Below are positions 20,308-30,558 of a stretch of DNA of 64,000 bases, in pieces; position 1 is the first letter of the stretch, and each line of letters opens with the position of its first letter. The stretch comes from Promethearchaeota archaeon (GTDB lineage: Archaea > Asgardarchaeota > Lokiarchaeia > Sigyniarchaeales > SOKP01): the NCBI GenBank assembly GCA_019058365.1, contig JAHPZE010000006.1:64001-128000 (forward strand). Direction: 5' to 3'. The notes under the pieces were generated by a model that had not been told where the DNA came from, made no database searches, and saw only the letters and a program-made list of their open reading frames with translations. Made by a program: the position numbers and the translations under genes.

Positions 20308-22770
20308 TTAATATGTTTTTGCAGTATTTGAAGAACGTAGTTTTTCAATTGCCTTTATCCACATATTTAACTGTGTTAATAATTTCTGAGTATCTGGAAC
20401 TCGACTTATTTGCTCTGAATATAGCGGATAATTTTTATATAGATTATTTAATAATTCAAGTAGAGATCTTTGGCTTTCTGTTTGATCTAGCATGTCTTTT
20501 TTTAACTGAAAAAGAGATCTTTTTTCCTTCTTAGATTTTAAGGCTTTTAGAAAGTTTTTAGTAACAATTATTCTGAACAGGGAATATTCCTCTGGTCTAA
20601 AATTTGCTAAAGAGAAGTTCATATTATTATCCGCAAATGGTAAAAAGAATATTTTTTTATCCTCTGGTTCATCTGGGTTATCAATTAAAGTAAATTCAAT
20701 ATCTCTATTATCAAGCTCTTCTAAAATTGGATATAATTCTCCTGGAGTAATTTTTGTGGCTTGCTCAATTTGATTTGAAATTTCAGAAATAGGAAAATTA
20801 AATTCGGGTGTTTTTTCAGGATTTTCAATTCGATAAATATATTCTTTTCTTATTATTTGCATAATTTGGTTTTCTAAATCTTCAGCAAGATCTTCTGCAA
20901 TAAAAGAAATTTGAGTTTTCTTTAACTTTTGTTGGAATAATTCTTTATCTCTTTGCTTTTTGCTATAATCAGCTGAAAGTGATGAGATAAAACTATCTGT
21001 TGGTTGATCACCTTCTACTGTACCTAATCTACTAGTTTTACTTTTTTTTTCTATAGCTGTATTGTATAACCTTTCGCTTAAATATCTCCTAGCTTTCTGA
21101 TGAGCAACTTCTTTTTTCTCAAATCGCTCAGTTATAGAAACAAAATCAAGCATTTTCACAGGTTTTCCTAAATCTTGTTTTTCTTCCCTTATTAGAATAT
21201 CCATATCTTTCTTTACCAATGTATCTAGAAGTGCATAAACATTACTTTTTGATAATTGAGTTGCTTTAATTAACTCTCGTTCAATTATTTCAATCGGGTA
21301 AGCCTCACCCCTTCGAATGTATTCACTTCTAATAATTTTATAGATCTTGTCTAGGCTTCTTTCCTCTTCACTAACAGTTTCTTTTTGTAATCTCATAAAC
21401 ATTGAAGTTTCGTGAGGTTTTATATAGTAAACTAATAGTGTGGTACCTAGGAAAAAAATCATAAGTACTGAGATAATATATTTATCCCACATTAATATTA
21501 CACCCACATTAGATATTATTTGATTTGGTATTTCATTTGAAAGAGAGAAACGTGTCAATGTTTGAGCGAATACACAAGCTAAACAAAATAAAATTAAACC
21601 ATCTTTTTTGAAGATAAGTATACGCCAACCAAGAGTTTTCCCAAGTTTCTTTACAATTCGATATAAAAAATACATTGATATGATAAATTCGAGTAAAAAG
21701 ATATAAGAAACCGCAGAACCTGTTGCCCCAATTGTTGCTTTAAAAGCAGTAATTGTCTCATCTTGAAGCAACATATACATACTGATTTGTAAAATTTGAA
21801 AGAAAAAGATAAAAAAAACAATCAATGCAAATGTTAAATTATCAAAAGTACCAGCTCTTTTAGTTTCAGCCCGTCGTCTAGTAGATACATATTCAAAGAT
21901 GATAAAAACTAACGTCATTACTAAACTAAAGTAAATTAAGGGCATAATTCTCGTCATTTCTAAGTTATATACTGCCACAGCACTGCTTGGATCACTACGT
22001 CCGAAAAATTCCAAAGATAAGATTACTAAAAAGCTTCTGTAAAATAATGAAATTACTACAAGCATGCCTAGTATTATAAAAGGTATGATAATAGCTAAGA
22101 AATATCTTGGAATTGAATATTTCTTAATGAATCTGGCTTCTATTTTAGTTGAGAATTTTCGTGAATAAACATAAAACCGACTACTTAATAAGACTAACCA
22201 AATCATCGCTAGGCTTAATAAATAGCTCATAAAATTGAGACTTGTTCCAACATATAGAAAAAGTATAAATAACGATAAAATAAGACTACAATAAAATATT
22301 AATTGTTTAATCGCACTGTATTTTTCAAAAATAAAGAGTCTAAATTTATCTATACTAAGGAGAACAGATAAAATTAGAAAAAACGCCACAATTGTATTTG
22401 AAAACGCAAATGGATTACCAAATGTTAAGAAATTAATCCAAGACCCTGGAAAATTAATTGCTGTAATTAAAACTAAAGAATAAAAAATAAATATAGCATA
22501 TAATCCAAAAAACTTTTTTTCAAACGAATAAGATTTTGGTTCCTGACCATTAATATACACTTCTTGATGAATAATTTTATCATAAAAACCAGATTTAATT
22601 TTAGATTTTAAATCACTTAAATTCGCCCTTTTTCGTGAAGCAAAAGCTTTAGCCTTATTCATTGGCTCTATTTTCCGCATTTTTGAGGTTTTTGGCAATT
22701 TTAATACTTTAAAATTCTCTTGTTTTTTCTTGGTTTCTTCTTCAGAATTTTTTGCTTGCTTGCCAGACAT
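20308..22770 (-). CDS. Large polytopic membrane protein with two winged-helix-like cytoplasmic repeats
   Basis: About 10-11 TM segments followed by two similar IIRxEYI..P...I...AT.....Y..L..L units. Confidence 0.65.
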   Translation of the reverse strand: MSGKQAKNSEEETKKKQENFKVLKLPKTSKMRKIEPMNKAKAFASRKRANLSDLKSKIKSGFYDKIIHQEVYINGQEPKSYSFEKKFFGLYAIFIFYSLVLITAINFPGSWINFLTFGNPFAFSNTIVAFFLILSVLLSIDKFRLFIFEKYSAIKQLIFYCSLILSLFILFLYVGTSLNFMSYLLSLAMIWLVLLSSRFYVYSRKFSTKIEARFIKKYSIPRYFLAIIIPFIILGMLVVISLFYRSFLVILSLEFFGRSDPSSAVAVYNLEMTRIMPLIYFSLVMTLVFIIFEYVSTRRRAETKRAGTFDNLTFALIVFFIFFFQILQISMYMLLQDETITAFKATIGATGSAVSYIFLLEFIISMYFLYRIVKKLGKTLGWRILIFKKDGLILFCLACVFAQTLTRFSLSNEIPNQIISNVGVILMWDKYIISVLMIFFLGTTLLVYYIKPHETSMFMRLQKETVSEEERSLDKIYKIIRSEYIRRGEAYPIEIIERELIKATQLSKSNVYALLDTLVKKDMDILIREEKQDLGKPVKMLDFVSITERFEKKEVAHQKARRYLSERLYNTAIEKKSKTSRLGTVEGDQPTDSFISSLSADYSKKQRDKELFQQKLKKTQISFIAEDLAEDLENQIMQIIRKEYIYRIENPEKTPEFNFPISEISNQIEQATKITPGELYPILEELDNRDIEFTLIDNPDEPEDKKIFFLPFADNNMNFSLANFRPEEYSLFRIIVTKNFLKALKSKKEKRSLFQLKKDMLDQTESQRSLLELLNNLYKNYPLYSEQISRVPDTQKLLTQLNMWIKAIEKLRSSNTAKTY

Positions 22771-22904
22771 TATAATTAATAAATCTTTTTTTCCTATAAA
22801 ACTAATTGTAATATATTTTGAAAACTAATGATACGATATTTAGTAAAATATAAGTTCTATATACAAATTTTAAAAATATTCCGATATAAATTTAAATATA
22901 GTTA

Positions 22905-23201
22905 ATGCATTTTAGTATTGTGAAAATGGAAAGAAAAGTTGAAAACAGAGAAAGCCTGTTAAAGTTAATCAAAAAAGCTATTGAATTACTTGCCGAGAGG
23001 AATGTATCTCAAACAGTGATTTTATCTTCTTATAAGATTAACTCAGTTTTAAAAGAAAACTACGGCATAAATATAAAAGTTGATAAAATTGGAAGAATTC
23101 TGAGTAAAATTGCTAAGTTAAATGAATTAAAAAGGCTTAATACTAATATACCGAAGTATAAACTACAAATCTCAAAAGTTTCGAGTTTAGAATTCTTTTG
23201 A
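22905..23201 (+). CDS. Small basic hypothetical protein, possibly winged helix
   Basis: 98-aa ORF; SSYKINSVL..KIGRILSKIA. Confidence 0.55.
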   Translation: MHFSIVKMERKVENRESLLKLIKKAIELLAERNVSQTVILSSYKINSVLKENYGINIKVDKIGRILSKIAKLNELKRLNTNIPKYKLQISKVSSLEFF

Positions 23202-23209
23202 GTTTACCT

Positions 23210-24616
23210 TTAACCTAAATTTCGAAAGCTAGTAATTGTCTTTTGGAGTTTCTCAAGTAAAATTTTTATTTCTGAGTTAAATTCTTTGAATGGCTCCAAC
23301 TCCGTGTTCAGTTTCTCGATTTTTTCATTCGTATTAGTTTGTAATGAAGTTATAGATTTTTCAATGCTTTTTTCAATATTTTGAGCCAATGAGTTTACTT
23401 GAGTATTTGTATTTGTTAATTTAGATTGAAGATTTTTTATCAACTCTTCGATTTGTGAATTTATTTGCGTAGTCTCTTTAACCTTTCCAGATACAGAATT
23501 AATTACTAATTCCATCTCATTTTTAATATTTGATATATGACCTTCGATGAGAGTGTTTAGATTATCAATAAGATTATTCTTTGTGGTAGAGATATCTGTT
23601 ATGAATTCTTTATTTTTTTTAACTCGAGTATCAACATAGTTAGAAACACTTTTTTTAAACTCAATTATCGTTTCATTCAATGTCATATTGAACCAATTAT
23701 CAACTTTAATTATTCCAGATGATATTGCATCCTTCATTTTATTTACTGATTTACTAATATACTCAGTGCCTTTAGATGTTCCCTGATTTACATCTTTAAT
23801 CCAATCTCCAATTTGAGTTTTGACAATATTCATGAACATATTTGAGATTTTTTCTGTTCCTTGTTGTAAACCTAAAGCGACTGAGGTTAATTCAGGATAT
23901 TCTACAATTTCTTCTTCAACTGTCTGTGTTTCTTCTGTTTTTGGAATTTCTTGCAATTCTCCAAGAGGTTGTTCAACAAATTCATTTATTTCCTTAATAA
24001 GAATAGGATTTTTTTTTTGGAAATCCTCTGAAAATTTTTGCACCCACTTAAAATACTCTAATGAGTTTGGAATTTCAATTTTAAATGGTACCATATGATA
24101 TTTATCAGCTTTAGTATAATCATCTAATCTATAAATTTCAAATCCAAGATTCCCATCCTTCCCCATGAGTGTATGATCAAAAACTATACTAAAACCATAA
24201 GGAAATTCCTCCTTTTGGAAATACTGTAAATTTACTAAATCACTCTCACTGAGGTACAAACCCCAAGAAGGGTGAGAATGGTAATATCCTATTAAAGCAG
24301 ATGAATATTTTTTACTGATCTCAGTAAATAAATCATAATCATCTTTATCAAATCCGATTTCTGCTTTATCTCCATGTGTTATAGGAACAGCATTTTCTAC
24401 AAAGACTTTTTCTTCGATAGTATCATATTTTCCTACACAGACCCCCATAACTTCTATACTTTGTTCTAATTTATCATTACCAAAACGTAGAACATGAGTA
24501 AGCATGTTTCTAAAAGCTTCCTTCTTAATGAATATATTTCCTTTTTCAGATTTACTTGTATCATCAAAATTTTTTTGATTTATTTTTTGATTAGATTTTT
24601 TTTCAACCACTTTCAC
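23210..24616 (-). CDS. JAMM/MPN+ metalloprotease with long helical/coiled-coil C-terminus
   Basis: IEVMG, GYYHSHPSWGLYLSESD (HxH-x7-S-x2-D); 4-nt GTGA overlap with the upstream paralogue. Confidence 0.88.
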   Translation of the reverse strand: MKVVEKKSNQKINQKNFDDTSKSEKGNIFIKKEAFRNMLTHVLRFGNDKLEQSIEVMGVCVGKYDTIEEKVFVENAVPITHGDKAEIGFDKDDYDLFTEISKKYSSALIGYYHSHPSWGLYLSESDLVNLQYFQKEEFPYGFSIVFDHTLMGKDGNLGFEIYRLDDYTKADKYHMVPFKIEIPNSLEYFKWVQKFSEDFQKKNPILIKEINEFVEQPLGELQEIPKTEETQTVEEEIVEYPELTSVALGLQQGTEKISNMFMNIVKTQIGDWIKDVNQGTSKGTEYISKSVNKMKDAISSGIIKVDNWFNMTLNETIIEFKKSVSNYVDTRVKKNKEFITDISTTKNNLIDNLNTLIEGHISNIKNEMELVINSVSGKVKETTQINSQIEELIKNLQSKLTNTNTQVNSLAQNIEKSIEKSITSLQTNTNEKIEKLNTELEPFKEFNSEIKILLEKLQKTITSFRNLG

Positions 24617-26094
24617 TCAACCCTCTCTGTTTCCAATTTTTTTATCTTAGCTAATAAATCTTGATTTTCTTTTCTTAAATCTGTGAGATCATTTTGGAGC
24701 GTCTTGATTTCAACTTTTTGTGTTTCCAATTTGTTTTGTAGTGAAGTTTTTGAGCTCTCTAGTAATATTATAGCAGCTTTTAAATCTGATAGAAAGCTTT
24801 TTGATTCTTTATTTAAATTAATAAAAGTTCCTATGATTTTATTAACATTTTTTGTGAAAGTTCCAGATAAATCTTTTATAATATTATCAAATTTTTCTGG
24901 AATTGTGTATTCTATTGAATTAAGGCTTTTAGATAAATTTTCTATAATATTACTTTGTTCATCCAAACTTTTAGAAGATGCTAAACCTAATTTATTTATA
25001 TTAGTTAATTCATCTATTTGGTTATTAAATTGAATTATAATACTGTTGATATTTTCCTTTAATTTTTCTTCAACTATTGATTTAAATTGTCCATTAAGTT
25101 CAGTCTTGATATTATCAAATAGATCTTTAAAGATTTCTTGATCAGAATCAAATTCTTCAAATTTATCATCAATGTACATGTCCAATTCGTTTAATTTTTC
25201 CTTAAAGGAAAATTTAAAATTTTTTTGAAGATTAGAAATCCCCTCACTTAACCTGTCTTTTATTGTAATCACATCTTTTCTTATTTGTAAATTATTCTTA
25301 ACAGTAGTATTGATCAAATTTTCACTCCAAGAATTAAGAAATATGATAAATGGTGCGATAACAATTTCTAAGAACTTTGTTAATTCTGTATTGAGTGCAG
25401 ATAAGATTTTAGTAGAATCTAATTCCGGTTTCTTTGTAAAAATTTGGCTTTCACTTGGAAATGCAATATCTCCAAAAAGATCGGGCATTTCATTAATTTC
25501 CAATATAGGAGGCTCTTTTGAGTGAATATTATTTATTAAATTGATTAATTTTAAATAATATTCAATACTATCAGGAGGTGCTACAGACGCTTTTACCTCG
25601 TGATAACCTGACATTTGACCTTTGGCTGGATTATCTAATCGAAATGTACGAAATCCTAAATCTCCTGGTTTTTCTAAATAAGCATGGTCAAAAACAATTC
25701 CTATGGCACTAGGGTTTGGAGTTTGCCAACCAAGTTGATTACGTATATCTGTTGAAGAAAAGAAAATATCCAGTTCGGGGTGAGAATGGTACCACCCACA
25801 ACTAAACCAGTTTTTTTCAGCATAAGCAGCATCAACCATAGAAAATGTTACATAATCTTCTGGGGCAAATGCAACTTCTATCGCACCACCGTGTGAAATG
25901 GGAATAGCATCTTCAATTATAACATCTCTAATTCCCTTCTTATCTGGTTCACCTTCACCTAATGATCCAATAAGTATTCCCATTACTTCTCGGTACTGCC
26001 TTTTATCTCTTGCTTTATTTCCAAAACGAAGGACATGTAGAAGCATTTTATAATAAGCTTCTGGTTTAATAATAACAGTTTTTTCAGAAGTCAA
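24613..26094 (-). CDS. JAMM/MPN+ metalloprotease with long helical/coiled-coil C-terminus
   Basis: REVMGILIG, GWYHSHPELDIFFSSTD, GIVFD. Confidence 0.9.
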   Translation of the reverse strand: MTSEKTVIIKPEAYYKMLLHVLRFGNKARDKRQYREVMGILIGSLGEGEPDKKGIRDVIIEDAIPISHGGAIEVAFAPEDYVTFSMVDAAYAEKNWFSCGWYHSHPELDIFFSSTDIRNQLGWQTPNPSAIGIVFDHAYLEKPGDLGFRTFRLDNPAKGQMSGYHEVKASVAPPDSIEYYLKLINLINNIHSKEPPILEINEMPDLFGDIAFPSESQIFTKKPELDSTKILSALNTELTKFLEIVIAPFIIFLNSWSENLINTTVKNNLQIRKDVITIKDRLSEGISNLQKNFKFSFKEKLNELDMYIDDKFEEFDSDQEIFKDLFDNIKTELNGQFKSIVEEKLKENINSIIIQFNNQIDELTNINKLGLASSKSLDEQSNIIENLSKSLNSIEYTIPEKFDNIIKDLSGTFTKNVNKIIGTFINLNKESKSFLSDLKAAIILLESSKTSLQNKLETQKVEIKTLQNDLTDLRKENQDLLAKIKKLETERVE

Positions 26095-26320
26095 TGATAT
26101 TCACGATTTATGTTTTAGATTTAGTTTGTTAATGATCTATATATAGTTTAATTGGTTTTAAATATTTGAATAAAAAAATTGAAAATTATATCTGGTCTTC
26201 TAATTTATTCTGTATTGAGTCTTCTTTTTCAGAGTAAATTTTGATTCTCTTTCCTTATTCTCTTAAATTATTAAATCAAATAAAAAATAAAATAAGAATT
26301 AAAACAAATTTATTAAATCA

Positions 26321-26977
26321 TTAATCATGAGGTAATGGTTTACCACAGAAAGGACAGAATCGGAAGCCTAAGTCTTTACCACAATGTGGACAAAAAGAAC
26401 CTTCTACTCCTACTGGTGCTTTTTCCTCAACACCTTCTTTTGGTATTGAAGGTAACTCTCTTTTTGTTTTAAGAGTTGTAGCCGATGAGGCAGTACTAGG
26501 CAGTACCTCTTGTTTTGCCATCACTCTTTCCTTAAAAGCTTGTCTTCGTTCTTCTTCAAGTTCTTCTTGCGTTTTAGTACCTTCTGTTTTAACCCAACCT
26601 TGAACCTTGGGTCTTTTCAATTCACTTTCAGGAACCCTTTCCAATTCTACTTCTTTAGTTTCTGATATTGGAGCAACTACTTTTCTCTCATCCTTCTTCT
26701 GCAGGGCTTGTTTTACAAGAGCTTGAGTTGTTTTCATTACTTGATGGGGATTAATATTAGGGATTGCTACAGTCCTAAGAACCCAGCCTACAATAATATT
26801 TTGATTTGGAAAATCGCCTTCGACATCCTCATCTTTAAAAACATAAGAATCAATAATATCTTTCCCTTTTAACATGCGAACAGCCCATTTCTCATTAATT
26901 AATCCTAATTGCAGTCTATAAGATGTTCCAGGTACGCCAAGTTGGCTCGTTAATGGTTCGAATCCTCTCTCTGTCAC
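26321..26977 (-). CDS. Hypothetical protein with charged linker and C-terminal zinc ribbon
   Basis: CPHCG..CPFCG at the C-terminus. Confidence 0.7.
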   Translation of the reverse strand: MTERGFEPLTSQLGVPGTSYRLQLGLINEKWAVRMLKGKDIIDSYVFKDEDVEGDFPNQNIIVGWVLRTVAIPNINPHQVMKTTQALVKQALQKKDERKVVAPISETKEVELERVPESELKRPKVQGWVKTEGTKTQEELEEERRQAFKERVMAKQEVLPSTASSATTLKTKRELPSIPKEGVEEKAPVGVEGSFCPHCGKDLGFRFCPFCGKPLPHD

Positions 26978-27222
26978 TTCAAATCACTTTTTTTCACTAA
27001 ATTATATGAGATCAGTAATATTATAATGATAAATTTCGAATTTAAATTATTATTTATTTTTAAAATTTATCTTAAAGTTAAAAATTTTATCTGATTGATT
27101 AAGTTGATCGATAGTTAAAATGTTTAATTCTTATATTTTTGGTTTGGGATTAAAAACAAATAAATACAAATTATTCTATTATCTTGTAAAATACCATTGT
27201 TGAAAATAACAGGATTTTTATC

Positions 27223-28209
27223 ATGACTGTAATAATTCCAAAGAATGATTATTTAACTTTAGTGGCCGCAACTATTAGATTTGCTAATGCTCGTATTCCA
27301 AAGGATGATTGGTTAGAAGTTAGTGGCATCTTTACTGGAAGAAATGAAGGAGATGATGTATTCATAACAGAATGTTACCCCATCATGCATCAAGAATTAG
27401 ATAAAGATGCGGTAATTGATCAATATAAATGGAATGATGAAGATTATGAAGCTCTTTATATCATCGATGATGAAGCATTTTCAAGAGATCCACCTGAGTT
27501 TGTGGTCGGATGGTGGCATAGTCATCCTGGCTTTATTTGAACTGGATTTACCAGACTTAGCTAAAAGGTAATGATGAGTCACATCGATATTCGTACTACT
27601 CTATCATATCAACAAAATAATCCTTTGGCAATCTCACTAGTTTTTAATCCTACGAGACTTATTCGCCAGATCGAAGTAGCAAACAAAAAAGGAGATCCAG
27701 ATATACAACTAAAAAATGATCCTGGGTTTAAAATATTCAGGTTAGATGATATTAATCGAGGTCTTGAAGCATCTTATCATGCTATAGACTATAAAATTGA
27801 AGGATACGATAGTATGGAGCAATTGGTTACTTCAACTCAGAAATTTATTATCGATATTACTAATTTCTTCCCTAAGAATAATGTTCCACAAACTTATGAG
27901 AAATATATTGATGATAGAATAACTCAATTAAATTCATTATTCCAGGGAACTGAAGAATATTTAACCACATTGACCTATCGTGGTGAAAAAAAGAGAATCC
28001 CAGAAGTTATAGAAAATCAAAGCAAAGAAATTAGGAAATTTGTAGCTGAAACAATTATAAAGATTGAAAATATTAAGGAATTCATGAATTATTTAGAATA
28101 TAAAGAAAGAGAAACATTAATTCCACAAATCAAGGCTATAATAAACAAATGGGATGAACAAGTTGTTGGATTAGATAAGAGAATAAAAGAACTAAAGAAG
28201 AAATTTTAA
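27223..28209 (+). CDS. JAMM/MPN+ metalloprotease, intron-interrupted: join(27223..27534,27565..28209), 318 aa
   Basis: The two track ORFs share a frame. Removing 27535..27564 gives WLEVSG...GWWHSHPGF|KVMMSHID, an exact JAMM motif. Confidence 0.85.
27535..27564 (+). other. Candidate 30-nt archaeal-type (bulge-helix-bulge/loop) mRNA intron
   Basis: atttgaactggatttaccagacttagctaa; central helix GGCU(27529-32)/AGCU(27559-62), 3-nt bulge AA^A, exon helix CCU/AGG, 5' site UU^A, internal hairpin CUGG-AUUUA-CCAG. Confidence 0.78.
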
Positions 28210-28333
28210 CCCTAATAATTTTCATCTTATTTTTAGTTTTGATAAATTTTTATTTGATTACGCTTTTTTTTGATTAATTATACGATTATTTTTAAAAAAA
28301 ATATCAGAGAAATTTTAGAATTTAGTCATTATC

Positions 28334-30538
28334 ATGAGAAAAATTAATTTTCCTTTTACAGCGATTCTTGGTCAAGAGAAAATGAAGATGGGGTTAATCT
28401 TGAACGTTATTGACCCTCAAATAGGTGGTATCTTGTTAACTGGTCAACAAGGCACTGGAAAAAGTACTGCTGTAAGATCTCTCGTAGAACTGATGCCTCA
28501 AATTGAAATTGTTGCGGGTTGTGAATTTTCATGTGATCCTAATTCAGATATTGATGATTTATGCCAAAATTGCATAGAAAAAAAGGAAAAAGAGCAAATA
28601 ACTACAGAATTCCGTGATATGTGGCTTGTAAATTTGCCTTTAGGAGTCACAGAAGATATGGTTTGTGGGAGTCTATCTATAGATAAGGTATTAACTGAAG
28701 GAATAAGAGCTTTACACCCTGGGTTACTCGCGAAAGCAAATAGAGGTATTTTATATGTAGATGAAATTAATTTACTCCAAGATCATATCGTTGACGTTCT
28801 TCTAGATTCTGCAGCTTCAGGTGTAAATATCATAGAAAGAGAAGGAATCTCTATATCGCATCCTTCAAGATTCGTTCTGGTTGGTTCAATGAACCCAGAA
28901 GAGGGTGATTTAAGACCACAAATAGCAGATCGCTTGGGATTAGAAGTTAGGATTAAAGCCCCTAGAGATTCAGAATTAAGAGCAGAAATAACTAAAAGGG
29001 TTATAGAATTTGATGATCATCCAAAAGAATTTATTAAAAATTTTGAAGATGAACAAGAAAAATTAAGACAACAAATCCTTAATGCTCGTGATATTTTAAA
29101 GGAAGTTCAAATCCCTAGTTCTGTATATGAATTTGTATCCAAAATTGTAAATGAGTTAGAGATTTTTTCTCAAAGAGCAGATATTACTTTTATTCGATGT
29201 GCGAGAGCTCATGCTGCTTTAAATAGTAGAAAGGATATAGTTGAAGAAGATCTTAATGTGGCTATGGATTTAGTATTCGAACATAGAATTCAATCACTTC
29301 ATTATGAAATGACACCGGTAGAAATTAAAGCAAAAATAGCTGAAGTATATGGCAAAATAAGAGAGGCTTATGAAAATACAAAAGTACTCCAACCCAATAG
29401 AGAAACAGAAGGCCCTTTAAAGCATTCAGATGAACATCAAAAAGAGTTTAAACGTCAATCTGTTGATCCTGATAAAGTTGACATCCCAGAATCCCAAGAA
29501 CAGAAATTACCCCCTCCAAAATACCCTGATAATAAAAAAAGAAATCCTAAACCCGCGGGAGGATGGAAAGTAAAGAATATTCCTTTTGATGATGATCTTA
29601 GATTTTTTGAAGATAGACAAGTGGCTATGCCATTTATATATAAGATGGAAAAGAAAATGACCTCTATCTTAGATAACATAAAAAAGGACAGAAAGATATC
29701 TGATTATGGTGGAAGAGGGATCGGTAGGAGAATCAAAATATCCTCATCCCAAAAGGGCAGATATGTATCTTACAGATCACCTATACGTGAACAACCAAAA
29801 AGTATTGCTTTAGATGCTACCATTAGGAATTATTTAAAAAATATTGTATATAACGAAACTGAAATTGATTTCCCTATTCATTTTAATAAATATGATTTAA
29901 TGGATAAAATCTATGAATATCGCGCACCTTTAGCTCTCTTCTTTGTTTTAGATAGCTCAGCATCAATGTATTACGTAATAAAACAAATGACAGACGTTAT
30001 ATTATCATTACATCGAGAGGGATATAGAAAGAGAGATAAAATAGCTCTCATTGTATTTCGAGGTAAGGATGCTATTGTATTACAGAATCCCACTGTAAAT
30101 TTTAACATGGCTATTAATAAATTGAAAAAAATTGAAGGTAAATCATATACTCCAATGGCAGCAGCTTTAAAGAAGGTATCTGAGCTAATAAAAGTTGAGA
30201 AATTGAAGGATAGAAATATTATACCTATAGTCTTTATATGTAGCGATTGTGGAGCAAATATTTCTGTTAAATATCCTGATTTAATAGCCCAAATTGAAAC
30301 GGATTATTCTTTAATTACAAATGAATTAAAAGAATTAACAAAAAAATTATCAAAACAAAATATCCATATGGTTGTGCTAGAACCAAAAAAATCCTATGCG
30401 ACACACGCTCTTGGTGTACACACATATTCAGCAGAACATATTAAAAAAAACTTTAAAAAATACGCGAATGCTCAGATTTATAAGTTTAACAAATATAATC
30501 CCGACTCTTTAATATTAGAATTGAAAAAAATTCTCTAA
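28334..30538 (+). CDS. Mg-chelatase ChlI/ChlD-like AAA+ ATPase with C-terminal vWA domain
   Basis: FPFTAILGQ, GQQGTGKST, PGLLAKANRGILYVDEINLL, MNPEEG; Pro-rich linker; MIDAS DSSAS..T..D. Confidence 0.88.
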   Translation: MRKINFPFTAILGQEKMKMGLILNVIDPQIGGILLTGQQGTGKSTAVRSLVELMPQIEIVAGCEFSCDPNSDIDDLCQNCIEKKEKEQITTEFRDMWLVNLPLGVTEDMVCGSLSIDKVLTEGIRALHPGLLAKANRGILYVDEINLLQDHIVDVLLDSAASGVNIIEREGISISHPSRFVLVGSMNPEEGDLRPQIADRLGLEVRIKAPRDSELRAEITKRVIEFDDHPKEFIKNFEDEQEKLRQQILNARDILKEVQIPSSVYEFVSKIVNELEIFSQRADITFIRCARAHAALNSRKDIVEEDLNVAMDLVFEHRIQSLHYEMTPVEIKAKIAEVYGKIREAYENTKVLQPNRETEGPLKHSDEHQKEFKRQSVDPDKVDIPESQEQKLPPPKYPDNKKRNPKPAGGWKVKNIPFDDDLRFFEDRQVAMPFIYKMEKKMTSILDNIKKDRKISDYGGRGIGRRIKISSSQKGRYVSYRSPIREQPKSIALDATIRNYLKNIVYNETEIDFPIHFNKYDLMDKIYEYRAPLALFFVLDSSASMYYVIKQMTDVILSLHREGYRKRDKIALIVFRGKDAIVLQNPTVNFNMAINKLKKIEGKSYTPMAAALKKVSELIKVEKLKDRNIIPIVFICSDCGANISVKYPDLIAQIETDYSLITNELKELTKKLSKQNIHMVVLEPKKSYATHALGVHTYSAEHIKKNFKKYANAQIYKFNKYNPDSLILELKKIL

Positions 30539-30558
30539 ATATAATTTTCACTCATATA

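Noticed and set aside
27538-27540. In-frame TGA as selenocysteine or readthrough in the split JAMM gene
   Set aside because: A second in-frame stop (TAA at 27562-64) follows, and readthrough would add 10 residues inside the fixed HxH-x7-S spacing
27535-27564. Spliceosomal intron, intein or transposon footprint
   Set aside because: No GT..AG ends, stop codons rule out an intein, and there is no target-site duplication
27223-28209. Two independent genes or a simple pseudogene
   Set aside because: Metal ligands are split across the halves, both halves are otherwise intact, and the insert ends coincide with predicted EndA cut sites; not fully excluded without RNA data
28334-30538. Evidence of chlorophyll or cobalamin chelation
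   Set aside because: No chlH/cobN or tetrapyrrole genes are nearby; AAA-vWA proteins have broader chaperone-like roles
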